From the IMG/VR virus record IMGVR_UViG_3300043446_003692, positions 6,210-70,209 of that record: DNA of 64,000 nucleotides; one strand, written 5' to 3'. Positions 22,401-30,227 of the stretch are shown in pieces (position 1 is the first letter of the stretch; every line of letters starts with the position of its first letter). Both the position numbers and the translations under genes were made by a program. The notes beneath the pieces are model-generated. The model was not told the origin of the DNA. It ran no database searches and saw only the letters and a program-made list of their open reading frames with translations. The DNA is from a virus.

Positions 22401-22674
22401 TATTACAGTTCCAAATACAACAATCAGTTCAACTGGTGCTGTTACTGCTGGTACTACAGGATCTTCTACAGCGTCTGGTGTGGTTACTAAACCTTCAGAC
22501 TCTTTGACACCAACTGTTGGCACTTCGGTTATAACTTATACGCAGTTACCTTATGAGGGCGAGGGAAGAGTTCTGTTTAGGGGAAGTGATGGTAAACTAT
22601 ATACTTTTGATCCTGAATCGGGTTCTTCTGGAACCTATTCACTTTATGATCCAACTAGTCGATCATGGGAATAA
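16492..22674 (+). CDS. Large virion structural protein (DUF4815/VrlC-like) with Thr-rich linker and C-terminal DUF4214-like repeats
   Basis: NLSVSPYFDDYDE.K.FYRILFKPG.SVQ.RELNQLQ, APGADRLK, YSM.DIG.LERRI..LEYY.SLS.LE, RFK.GF.VDDF motifs. Confidence 0.8.
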   Translation: MSLKTNLSVSPYFDDYDENKSFYRILFKPGVSVQVRELNQLQAIVQNQIEQFGSNIYKSGAIISGVNFSFDDQYNFVRIQDLDLNGIPTVPNAYVGMFTQSDSTGLKARIVEAVDGFETTAPDTKTLYIKYVNSGYDNNTTSYSNNEIITITNANNSIFGVSVLNGGSGFANSDSVIFTSAVIVDPLSGSLVVGDTLEQPNTGARAQIISISNGYFGNTRLVVGLKPLDIDLTTNPTNTRYWEFTNDINVKNSANSATGKIVGSIGRNAAAQPITDAIGFVDSVIVTNIGYGYTVLPHISIKPANSDANITDFEALAINYAAKVRATSTVAASGTGYSMGVTEGYIYQKGYFLKVLPQSVIVSKYNNQPNNVSVVFQTNESIVTSNIDTSLLDNVTGTSNENAPGADRLKLAPALTVVTTDDANASDEYYSLVDFNEGKPFKQTPYTVYNEINNELARRTSDESGDYVIDEFLSTNRSLVGTIANNSEKSAKFSVVVDPGKAYISGYRVETVDNYFETVDAGIDTGTTNNAVISLSYGNYIRIKEMGGAFPFQTGAQVTFYDTAKQYITSALTSVTVPGGNVIGTARIRSIVLESGTPGTADATYRMYLFNITTAAGKNFKDAESVYYTSATVKGVADLVLEADLVTAANVAIVKSPENSTLLFKSGSSTTLLNANNVSYQYRTSNNTVSMANNGVLTINYSTVANEFFPYGNSATLSSAQMLDITVVPSVNIVSSAAATGTVNTSFTSNSVTGTATQFVSDFRVGDYVYVEANNVSANIDPATAVNTAADFIIISNNPFPENTAVLYTVASGNSAIANLASGATYYTYLANSSGFKLVSSAGNTTPINIASGSSEIGHQFSATATYSEQKQVVLVTNNTSMQLNSNLGFTTTNASIYRYFPQNMAIPFGLRDGLSANVDVNRNILRLSTGFALRGTSSANVVATYNIERTNVTPGTKIAKRNIPVKIDTTTNAGGATGPWCLGCPDIFRLNKVVVDGVSATEYFYVDHNQNPDFYDLGYLYNDPKSPFNVTSSSVIEVFFDAFVVDQPGYFISPSYVSANSQQQYSVDAKNYADLGTAINTNEVPELFSNKSGYFNLLNTFDFRPIANPTINVNATSAEEVYSADNYDITNGIADTGATETISNYNPSATISFSSNTDFKFPLPDSTVETNLTFYLPRIDSIVVGKRGIIDIIRGVSSKIPAISNKPADTILIDNVYVPDYPSIPKNPDRRLLKILDTKMASGKYATRRLSNHIVTHLFSPNDKIGAQPKGYSMADIGNLERRIKDLEYYVSLSTLETSVSNLVIPSSITNSFDRFKYGFFVDDFSTSTFSDTTNPEYSAARAFNDLYPAAENINLQHGDKFNYSLSIVAEQPVVIQDTATYLILPEPCDIENGEPIAVTQLTRQQQNPYEANEAVDTYVAPKFTQFNSQATLYFYAYNGPIKIEVKQAGAPLTSTADAVALTADDVAALKAISFFNESDIVIDTSAPTISSGYVTGGSGKIVFSHVPTSGRMYTIVTTKGVNAKKWRYMLEYPVDSQDYIDCRYDVSPVQATTTTTTTTTTTTTTTTTSTTTTTTSTTTSSTSTTSTSSSSTTTVSTSLSGLYLQNEGYSWTGSSLPITPHNWGTPGSGSVQAARFDHSSWTAVKAAMDPYYVVDTGTDKLATVYISNSVMADGIRKLLYDEFRTYFKIGSDNGATLVGLVHDLYIQYLNRVPEIEGVYYWIHQLVTGAQTYSQVVAFFSNMSNAILSQWSLPNVAAIEFRYNTTPNVTSSFSITSVSNPSSLADWSFVRTKNQVSSAGKFENLNNSGGIDISGGGGFAQFYRNSGGTFVEEKQIWQISTTNLLNGLSNRIGRSIPSADASSVLATIYGWYVNTPITGGAKLDGGLGRPPDVDGFVFWCSGYYNSGRSLADLKTDFFNNPEAVSINSGSLSWSGKFATGVLSPFVATSGALSSGLASFSSVSTAVGTGITVPNTTISSTGAVTAGTTGSSTASGVVTKPSDSLTPTVGTSVITYTQLPYEGEGRVLFRGSDGKLYTFDPESGSSGTYSLYDPTSRSWE
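21151..21290 (+). repeat. Poly-Thr/Ser low-complexity coding tract (mucin-like linker)
   Basis: ACN codon run encoding TTTTTTTTTTTTTTTTTSTTTTTTSTTTSSTSTTSTSSSSTTT. Confidence 0.9.
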
Positions 22675-22686
22675 CAGGAGAGTAAA

Positions 22687-23106
22687 TTGGATTTAAATAA
22701 CGTAAGAAAAAGTCTGTCGGCTAGAAAATTTGAAGTTCCTGATCAATCGTTCAGAATTGAATGCGTCAGCTTGCGACCATACACCAGATATTATGTAATT
22801 TTTGATAAGTTGGATTTTACCCAGTTTTGCGCGCAAGATGGTAAAAGACTAGGCGAGGCTCTAATTTCTGATGGTTATGGTAAATTAGATTTTACATTTT
22901 ATTGGAACAGAGAAAACGAAATAAATATTTTGGCTAACAAGCAATTTAATAGATTGTTTGACAAAAATCTTGGTAATAAGTTAATTACAATTACTGATAA
23001 ATCTGGCACAAGTTTTATCAACAAAACAATTTTCTTTACCAATAACACTCCAGATATTATGTTCACCAAATATACAAATGCATCTAACATTCTGTTAAAC
23101 AGCTAA
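22687..23106 (+). CDS. Structural protein, corresponds to an internal segment of VrlC-like proteins
   Basis: LRPYTRYYVIFD, LISDGYGKLDFTF motifs; AGGAG RBS and TTG start. Confidence 0.6.
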   Translation: MDLNNVRKSLSARKFEVPDQSFRIECVSLRPYTRYYVIFDKLDFTQFCAQDGKRLGEALISDGYGKLDFTFYWNRENEINILANKQFNRLFDKNLGNKLITITDKSGTSFINKTIFFTNNTPDIMFTKYTNASNILLNS

Positions 23107-23116
23107 GGAAAAATTG

Positions 23117-25249
23117 ATGGAAGCCCAAACATTTACTATTGATCCAGCGTCGGTTAATTTTGCGGATCAGGTTAACATCACTAGCGTAGACCTATATTTC
23201 AAGCAAAAGCCACTCGGTGTTGGTAACGATTCTGGTTCTTTGGATCCAGGAATATCTGTATTTCTTGTTCCTACTGCGGCTGGTGGCGTTCCAAACTATA
23301 AAACGCTAGACGATTACGCTGTTTCCAGAAAAGAATTTTCAGAAATCGTATCTTCTCGCGATGCTACTGTAGTTACCAAATTTTCTTTCACAGCTCCTGT
23401 GCCAGTAAAAACTGGTGTTGAATATGCTGTAGTAGTAAAACCAGACTTAGAAGAAGGTTATGTTCTTTGGGCTTCTACACGTGGTGAAATTAATGTTTCA
23501 ACTGAAGTATCTTCTCCTGGTATTGCTGGTAAATATATTGGTCGTTATTTTAGTTTGACTAATGTTAGCGCCAATTGGCAAGCTCTACCTTACAAAAATT
23601 TAAAGTTTAAAGTAAACGTGGGTCGTTATGCTTATAATGGTATAATTCCTGCACCAGAACAACCATCGTTTACGCTTTATATGAAAAACTATGAATTCGT
23701 AACTTATAATTTGGCAGCTAGTACTGGTATATTTTTGGGCGGCGAATATGTATATCAGGATAAAAATTCTGCAGATGGAAGCTGTGCAGTTGTAAAGGGT
23801 AACAATACAATTACAACAACTGGCGGCGCATTTTCGGGGTTATTTTCACCAACTGGTGATGACAGCTATATCGTAGTTAAAAATGGCGACAAGAGCGACG
23901 TTCGTAAAGTTATTAAAGTAACAGATAGCGATAATACAGTTATCGTTGATCGTCCGCTTTCGTTTACTAACTCTGGCGCTGACTTTATTCGCACTGTAGT
24001 TGGTAAGGCTTATGTCGGAAGAAACAGCAGATTCGTAAATAATTTTGATAATTTTATTGTTCTTTCTGAATCTTCTTCAAATTCTACAGTAAGATTTACT
24101 AATAACAGCATTCTTATTGGCGAGCAGTCTGGCGCATCAATTGTAAATTCATACTTCAATGATCTTCTGGTTCATATTTCAGACGCGCATGTGTACATCA
24201 ACACACCACCTGGCACAAACTATGACGTAAATCAAATATTTGCTTATACTACTACCGACAGTTTAAATGGTTCTCTTGCTGCTGGCGAAATTAATTTTGA
24301 CATCGATATGTATCAGCCAGAAAATCTAGATTTCGGTCAGCCAGTGATGCTTATGTCTCGTACAAATGAAGTAGCTTTACGTAACTGGTCGTCAACTGAA
24401 AAGAGCAAATCTTCTAGACTGCTTTATACTATCGAAACCACAAACGACTATTCTTCTCCACAAATTGATTACAATGCGACAGACGTGTTCTTTACGCGTT
24501 ATTTGATCAATAACAACAGTTCAAATGAACACACCTCTTATGGTTCTGCACTATCTAAACATATTACTAAAAAAATTACGTTTGCAAACGGAAGACAAGC
24601 TGAGGACATACTTGTTTATCTGCAAGCATACAAACCATCAGGAACTGATCTCAAAGTCTATGTGAAGCTATTCAATAGCCAAGATAATGATTACTTTGAA
24701 GATAAAGACTGGACTGAATTGCGCGAAACTAGCGGCAATCGTTTAAGTAGCTCCACTAATCTTAGTGATTATGTTGAGTACACTTATGGTTTGTACGATT
24801 ATACTACGAATCACAATATAGATTCAACTATCAATGGTGTAATTTCTATTTCTAGTGGCAGTACAACTGTAACTGGTATTGGTACTGATTTCTTAACAGA
24901 TTTAGATGCAGGAGATTTAGTAAAAATATATCAACCGTTGTTCCCAGAAAAATACATCATATCTTCTGTATATAATATTGCTACAACTACAAGTTTGACG
25001 CTACAAACTGCGGTTACATCTAGCGATTACACTTATCTTGGTTCTGGTGGTTTAAACATGGATAAAATCCTATACAAACACCAAGCATTCCAAAACAAGA
25101 GAAATAACAACACAGTTCGTTATTTCAACTCTAGCATGACTCTTTACGACAAGTATGATACTTTTGCTATAAAGATTGTGTTTTTGTCTGGTAGCCAGTT
25201 TATTATTCCAAAAGTTTCTAACATCAGAGCTGTTGGAGTTTCTGCATAA
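23117..25249 (+). CDS. Structural protein, corresponds to the C-terminal part of VrlC-like proteins
   Basis: AQTF, ITSVDLYFKQKP, T.FSF.APV, SKHITKKITF, YD.FAIKIVFLS, P.V.NIRAV motifs. Confidence 0.7.
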   Translation: MEAQTFTIDPASVNFADQVNITSVDLYFKQKPLGVGNDSGSLDPGISVFLVPTAAGGVPNYKTLDDYAVSRKEFSEIVSSRDATVVTKFSFTAPVPVKTGVEYAVVVKPDLEEGYVLWASTRGEINVSTEVSSPGIAGKYIGRYFSLTNVSANWQALPYKNLKFKVNVGRYAYNGIIPAPEQPSFTLYMKNYEFVTYNLAASTGIFLGGEYVYQDKNSADGSCAVVKGNNTITTTGGAFSGLFSPTGDDSYIVVKNGDKSDVRKVIKVTDSDNTVIVDRPLSFTNSGADFIRTVVGKAYVGRNSRFVNNFDNFIVLSESSSNSTVRFTNNSILIGEQSGASIVNSYFNDLLVHISDAHVYINTPPGTNYDVNQIFAYTTTDSLNGSLAAGEINFDIDMYQPENLDFGQPVMLMSRTNEVALRNWSSTEKSKSSRLLYTIETTNDYSSPQIDYNATDVFFTRYLINNNSSNEHTSYGSALSKHITKKITFANGRQAEDILVYLQAYKPSGTDLKVYVKLFNSQDNDYFEDKDWTELRETSGNRLSSSTNLSDYVEYTYGLYDYTTNHNIDSTINGVISISSGSTTVTGIGTDFLTDLDAGDLVKIYQPLFPEKYIISSVYNIATTTSLTLQTAVTSSDYTYLGSGGLNMDKILYKHQAFQNKRNNNTVRYFNSSMTLYDKYDTFAIKIVFLSGSQFIIPKVSNIRAVGVSA

Positions 25250-25446
25250 TGAATGTTATTAAAGGGTTTGTGAGAGATCCGATTACCCAAGCTGTGATAA
25301 ATAAAGATGATAAGGATTATAAAGACCATATTTTCAAAATGGATGTTTATAAAGAAATAATTGAGTTGAGAAACCAAATACAGTTCCTTCGCGAAGAACT
25401 GGAAAAAACTAGAGCTCTATTGGCCAATTCGGAAGAGAAAAATTAA
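25249..25446 (+). CDS. Small coiled-coil structural protein
   Basis: GFVRDPITQAVIN motif followed by a heptad tail; coupled to neighbours. Confidence 0.65.
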   Translation: MNVIKGFVRDPITQAVINKDDKDYKDHIFKMDVYKEIIELRNQIQFLREELEKTRALLANSEEKN

Positions 25447-26948
25447 TGTCTAGACAATTAAACACAGTAAATGCTGCAGCTGATACGTTTGGTAACTGGG
25501 TTACTAAAACGAACGATCTTGTTTTGCTTGTAAATACAGACGTTGTTACTGTGGAGCAAAATACTGCTGGAGATCTTACTGTTGGTAACGGTTATGTTAT
25601 TGGTATTTTTGGTTCCAATACAGTAGTAGCTACTGACATTCGAGGCGGTAACGTAACCTCTTCTAACGTTCTTTTAATTTCTTCTAATGCCAATTTCACT
25701 GGCTCGCAGGTTAATTCTGCAGCCAACGTTTATATTTCTTCTTCGAACACCTACATTAAAACTACTGCAGCAACAACTTTCGAAGGTAATGTTTATGCTT
25801 ATGCCAATGGTTCGCAACAAATACTTGGTATAGTATCAAACGCTACTCATTACAGTATTAATGCAAATGTTAATAACGGTTTCCTAGTTACTGGTAATAC
25901 TAACCTTTATGGCGCTTTAGCAGTTAATTTAGCTTCTACGTTTAGCAACACTGTAGCTGTTACTGGCGCAACAACTCTTAGCAACACATTAAATGTTGTT
26001 GGAGGAGCAAACCTCCAATCAACTGCTAACGTTGGTGGAACTCTCGGAGTAGTAGGAACTGGAACATTTTATGGCGCGCTAGTTGTAAATGGTGCTGCTA
26101 CTTTTGCTAATACTATCGCTGTAACTGGTAATGCTACATTCAGTAACACTATGAATGTTACTGGCGATGCTACGTTTGTGAATGTTTATGCTTCTTATGC
26201 AAACATTGCAAATTTAACAGCTGTTTCTTTAGATGTTGCTTCGGGCGTTCTTATAGCCAATTCTTCTGGCGTTTATGGTGTTTACTACTCCAACGCTATT
26301 ACATCATCAACTAATGGTTATTTTAGTAACTCAACGTTGATCGCGCTCGGTAATACTAGCGTAAACACAATGATTACGCCAACGACAATAACTTCTAACA
26401 CTGGTTATTTTTATAACTTAAACGTAACTGGTTCTCTTGTTGGTACATTTAGTGCGACTGGTAACTTTATTCCTTCGCCTAACAATGTTCTGCTTATCGG
26501 AACTTCAGCGAATGTGTTTAATCACATTTACGCGACTAACACCTATACCAATTCTATTTCTAGTTTCTCGGGCAATTTAAATATTGCAACAAGCACCAGT
26601 CTGACTGGTAATTTGATGATAAACGCTAATAATGTTATTAGCTCTGGCAGATATGCATTTAGCGGCGGAACAATCGCTACTATCGATAGTTATCCAGTAG
26701 CTACGTATAGAACTGGTGAATATCTAATCCAAATGTCTGAAACTGGTACGACAAATTACCATGCTTCAAAACTGGTTGTATACCATGACGATACAACCGC
26801 TTATTCTAGTGAGTTTGCTCAGTTGTTTAACAACACAAGTTTAGGAACTATATCAACAGACGTAAGCGGCGGTGATGTTCGTGTGCGCGTGACGCCAGTT
26901 TCTGCAAATGTTGTAGTAAAATTCAGTAAAAATTTAATTACGGTTTGA
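25446..26948 (+). CDS. Fibre-like structural protein
   Basis: N-terminal DTF.NW..KTN; beta-repeat middle (TFSNTVAVTG); C-terminal IDSY..ATYR..EYLIQ domain. Confidence 0.65.
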   Translation: MSRQLNTVNAAADTFGNWVTKTNDLVLLVNTDVVTVEQNTAGDLTVGNGYVIGIFGSNTVVATDIRGGNVTSSNVLLISSNANFTGSQVNSAANVYISSSNTYIKTTAATTFEGNVYAYANGSQQILGIVSNATHYSINANVNNGFLVTGNTNLYGALAVNLASTFSNTVAVTGATTLSNTLNVVGGANLQSTANVGGTLGVVGTGTFYGALVVNGAATFANTIAVTGNATFSNTMNVTGDATFVNVYASYANIANLTAVSLDVASGVLIANSSGVYGVYYSNAITSSTNGYFSNSTLIALGNTSVNTMITPTTITSNTGYFYNLNVTGSLVGTFSATGNFIPSPNNVLLIGTSANVFNHIYATNTYTNSISSFSGNLNIATSTSLTGNLMINANNVISSGRYAFSGGTIATIDSYPVATYRTGEYLIQMSETGTTNYHASKLVVYHDDTTAYSSEFAQLFNNTSLGTISTDVSGGDVRVRVTPVSANVVVKFSKNLITV

Positions 26949-26955
26949 GGAATCT

Positions 26956-27288
26956 ATGGCTACTAAAGCTAACTTAGTTATCGATCAGGGCACTACATTT
27001 AGCGCCACCATAACTATGACTGATGATAATGGAAATTTGATTGATCTTAGCGCGTATACCGCTAGATCTCAAATTCGTAAACATTACACATCTACTACTG
27101 CAGTCAATTTTACTACTGAAATTACTGTTTCAACAGCGGAAATAACCCTTTCGCTGACAGATGTTCAAACAGCTAATTTAACAGCTGGCAGATACGTTTA
27201 TGATGTAGAAGTTGTAGATTCTTACGCTAATACGGTTTCTAGAGTAGTCGAAGGAATCGTAACTGTAACGCCAAATGTAACGAGATAA
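26956..27288 (+). CDS. Small virion structural/adaptor protein
   Basis: ANLVIDQGTTF, ARSQIRKHY, AGRYVYDVE, RVVEG.VTVTP.VTR motifs common in T4-like phages. Confidence 0.7.
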   Translation: MATKANLVIDQGTTFSATITMTDDNGNLIDLSAYTARSQIRKHYTSTTAVNFTTEITVSTAEITLSLTDVQTANLTAGRYVYDVEVVDSYANTVSRVVEGIVTVTPNVTR

Positions 27289-27294
27289 CTAAAT

Positions 27295-27540
27295 ATGGCC
27301 AATATTGTTACAACCAGCAGAATCAATGTAAGAGTTTCGAATACCAGTTCGACTCTCTTAAATTCCAGCGTTCCAGTAACTCTCAAAAATAATCCTGTGT
27401 TTGTATCTGGCGACAGAACCTTAGAAAGTCTAGATGATGTGTTAGTGGTTGATAAGGCTAATGGTTCGACCATAGCTTACAGTGCCAACACGAATAAATA
27501 TGAAATAAAACAACTCAGTCTAGACGGGGGAACCTTCTAA
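27295..27540 (+). CDS. Small adaptor-like protein ending LDGGTF
   Basis: 81 aa; LESLDDV motif; C-terminal LDGGTF. Confidence 0.6.
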   Translation: MANIVTTSRINVRVSNTSSTLLNSSVPVTLKNNPVFVSGDRTLESLDDVLVVDKANGSTIAYSANTNKYEIKQLSLDGGTF

Positions 27541-29958
27541 ATGGCAAACAAAATTCAAATTAAAAGATCAACAGCCAACGCGACGGTCACAGGTCTCGCG
27601 AATGGTGAGTTGGCGTTTACACAGGCTAGTAATACACTCCACATCGGTTTACCTGATGGTTCGGGCACGCTTCGTATCGGCGGCGCGCAGTATCCTGGCA
27701 CACTAACTAACTCTCATGCTCTCGTCGCTAATGCGACTGGTGGCATTGACAAGGTTATTACTGCAAATCTAGTTGTAGATAAGGTTTACGCAAATGGTTC
27801 ATTCGGAACTGGCGCGCAGCTGCTTGCATCTGGTGGTACAGGAGCGAATGCTTACTGGGTCGATGCTGGCACACTAGCCACTCAACCAGCTGGTTCAAAC
27901 ACTCAGGTACAGTATAACAATTCTAATACTCTTGGAGCTTCTGCAGGCTTCACGTTTAATCAGGCATCTAATACCCTTTTCGTAAATGGTGAAATTCAGT
28001 CAACAACAGCATATTTTACTTCGACTGTATATCTTGGTGCATCTGGCACAATTAACGAAACAGATTTTAGTGGTCGAGCAAATACTGCTAAAACTGCTAA
28101 CAATGCAACTTACGCTTTTGGTAAATCAGAAAACCAACTTAATGTTAATAGCGCATTAACTTCTAACAACTCCACTTATGCGTTTGGAAAAAGCGAAGGC
28201 GATTTGAATGTTAACAGTGCACTAACATCAAATAACTCAACATACGCTTTCGGTAAGTCAGAGTCTGCGTTAAATGTTAACAATGCCGTAACTGCTAACG
28301 ATGCTAGCTACCTGGGTGGTACTGCAGCTTCAGGTTACGCTAAACTTGCTGGTAACCAGATATTTACTGGTAATAATACTTTCAACGCAAGACTTATTGT
28401 AAATGGCGCATTCGTTGCTAATGGTTCGACTGGTGTAGCTGGTCAAATTCTTACTTCGAATGGTTCTTCGATTTACTGGACTGATCAAACAACAGTAAGC
28501 AACGTTGCAGCTAATTCGCTTACTTCGAACGCTGTAACGATTAATGATACGATTTCCATCGGTAACTCGAGCGTTAACGTATTTGCTAACTCAACAACTC
28601 TAAAAATTTCAGACACTGGTAGTTCTGTATCCCTAAACTCTTCTGCGTTTAGTGGCACTGCTAACAACGCAACTTATGCATTCGGCAAGTCAGAATCTGG
28701 TCTCAACGTTAACAGTGCACTAACTTCTAACAATTCCACCTATGCGTTCGGTAAGAGCGAAGGCGGTCTTAATGTTAACAGCGCAGTATATGTTTTGGCT
28801 AACAATGGAATTGTTTCCAACAGCTCTGGTGTATTTGTTAAGGCAGGAACGGGCGTTACTGTTAATGCTACTGGTGTTCATATCGGTCAGTCTGTTGGAA
28901 CAACAGATAACGTAACTTTCAACGACATTATTATTAACGGAAATGCTGCTCTTGGTTCTAGCACTTCCGATATTGTTTCGATTAATGGTCTTGTCAATAC
29001 TGACATTATTCCATCTGCTAACGTAACATATAGCCTCGGTAATACAACGAACCGTTGGAATGATCTTTATCTTTCTGGTTCGACAATTTACCTAGGCAAC
29101 GCTTCAATTAGCGAAGTTGGTGATGGTGCTGTAAGTATTGGAAATGTTAATATCACTACAACAGCTGAAATTGCTGATCTTGTAGTAACTGGTAATTCTA
29201 AGCTAGGTAATAATTTTGGTAGTGACGTTGTAAGTTTCATTTCAACAGTCAATACAGAAATTACTCCTTCTTCGAATATCACTTACGATCTAGGTCGTAT
29301 TGATTTACGTTGGAGAGCAGTATACGCTAACACTGTTAATGCTACTGCTGCTTATATCGCTGGCGACCTGCAGGTTGGTGGTAACGTATACGTTACTGGT
29401 AACGTAGCTTCTCTTAATGTTCAAAACCTTTCGGTAACTGACCCACTTATCCATCTCGCTTCTAACAATGAAACTTCTGATCTGTTAGATATTGGTTTTG
29501 TCGGTCATTATAGCGACGATGCTGGTTCAACTAAACGTCATGCTGGTTTCTTCCGTGATGCATCAGATGCTGGTGTGTTTAAACTGTTTACAAATCTCGT
29601 ACAAGCAGATTTGGATACAGCCAATGCTACTATCATTAACACAGCAGCTGCTTCTTATGCAACAGCGAGCCTCGTCGCATACCTTAATTCTGGCGGACTG
29701 ATTTCCAACAGCACAGCAGTAACAATTACTGCTAATTCTACATTGGCTGTTAGCATCACAGCGAATTCGCTGACGCTTTCTAGCCCGCTAGTAGGAACTT
29801 CTGGTGGTACTGGTCTAAACAGCTATACCGCTGAAGATCTTCTTGTTGCTAACGCGAGCAATGGATTCCGTAAACTGGGTCTTGGAACATCTGGATATGT
29901 TCTGCAGTCGAACGGATCTGCTCTCGTATACGACACGCTCGATGGTGGCACATTCTAA
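27541..29958 (+). CDS. Tail fibre-like protein with Mtd_N-like N-terminus
   Basis: IQIKRS...LANGELAF N-terminus; 22-aa repeats; HAGFFRDASD module; ends LDGGTF. Confidence 0.75.
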   Translation: MANKIQIKRSTANATVTGLANGELAFTQASNTLHIGLPDGSGTLRIGGAQYPGTLTNSHALVANATGGIDKVITANLVVDKVYANGSFGTGAQLLASGGTGANAYWVDAGTLATQPAGSNTQVQYNNSNTLGASAGFTFNQASNTLFVNGEIQSTTAYFTSTVYLGASGTINETDFSGRANTAKTANNATYAFGKSENQLNVNSALTSNNSTYAFGKSEGDLNVNSALTSNNSTYAFGKSESALNVNNAVTANDASYLGGTAASGYAKLAGNQIFTGNNTFNARLIVNGAFVANGSTGVAGQILTSNGSSIYWTDQTTVSNVAANSLTSNAVTINDTISIGNSSVNVFANSTTLKISDTGSSVSLNSSAFSGTANNATYAFGKSESGLNVNSALTSNNSTYAFGKSEGGLNVNSAVYVLANNGIVSNSSGVFVKAGTGVTVNATGVHIGQSVGTTDNVTFNDIIINGNAALGSSTSDIVSINGLVNTDIIPSANVTYSLGNTTNRWNDLYLSGSTIYLGNASISEVGDGAVSIGNVNITTTAEIADLVVTGNSKLGNNFGSDVVSFISTVNTEITPSSNITYDLGRIDLRWRAVYANTVNATAAYIAGDLQVGGNVYVTGNVASLNVQNLSVTDPLIHLASNNETSDLLDIGFVGHYSDDAGSTKRHAGFFRDASDAGVFKLFTNLVQADLDTANATIINTAAASYATASLVAYLNSGGLISNSTAVTITANSTLAVSITANSLTLSSPLVGTSGGTGLNSYTAEDLLVANASNGFRKLGLGTSGYVLQSNGSALVYDTLDGGTF
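28099..28785 (+). repeat. 22-aa (66 nt) coding repeat NN(S/A)TYAFGKSE..LNVNSALTS, 5 copies (3+2)
   Basis: Read directly from the translation. Confidence 0.9.
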
Positions 29959-29981
29959 CATAGCACATAGGTGATTATACT

Positions 29982-30194
29982 ATGAATCCTGAAATTGTCA
30001 ATATGTATATTGCTAGATTAATTAAAGAGATCGAGGAGCTGACTAAAAATCGGCTCCTCGTCGAAACCCAACTTCAATATACTGAAAAACTCAACGCGGA
30101 ACTTCAAGCGCAATTGAAACAGACCGAAGCTGAGATAGAAAAGAATAACAAAAAGATAAATAAAAAAGAAGTAAATACTTCTGACACTTTTTAA
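29982..30194 (+). CDS. Small coiled-coil protein (possible fibre chaperone)
   Basis: 70 aa with heptad pattern; AGGTGA RBS. Confidence 0.6.
   Translation: MNPEIVNMYIARLIKEIEELTKNRLLVETQLQYTEKLNAELQAQLKQTEAEIEKNNKKINKKEVNTSDTF
30155..30162 (+). promoter_or_regulatory. Possible late promoter GATAAATA
   Basis: NATAAATA about 65 nt upstream of the ATG at 30228. Confidence 0.4.
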
Positions 30195-30227
30195 TCGCGG
30201 TAAATACCGTTCGCTGAAGGAGCCAAT

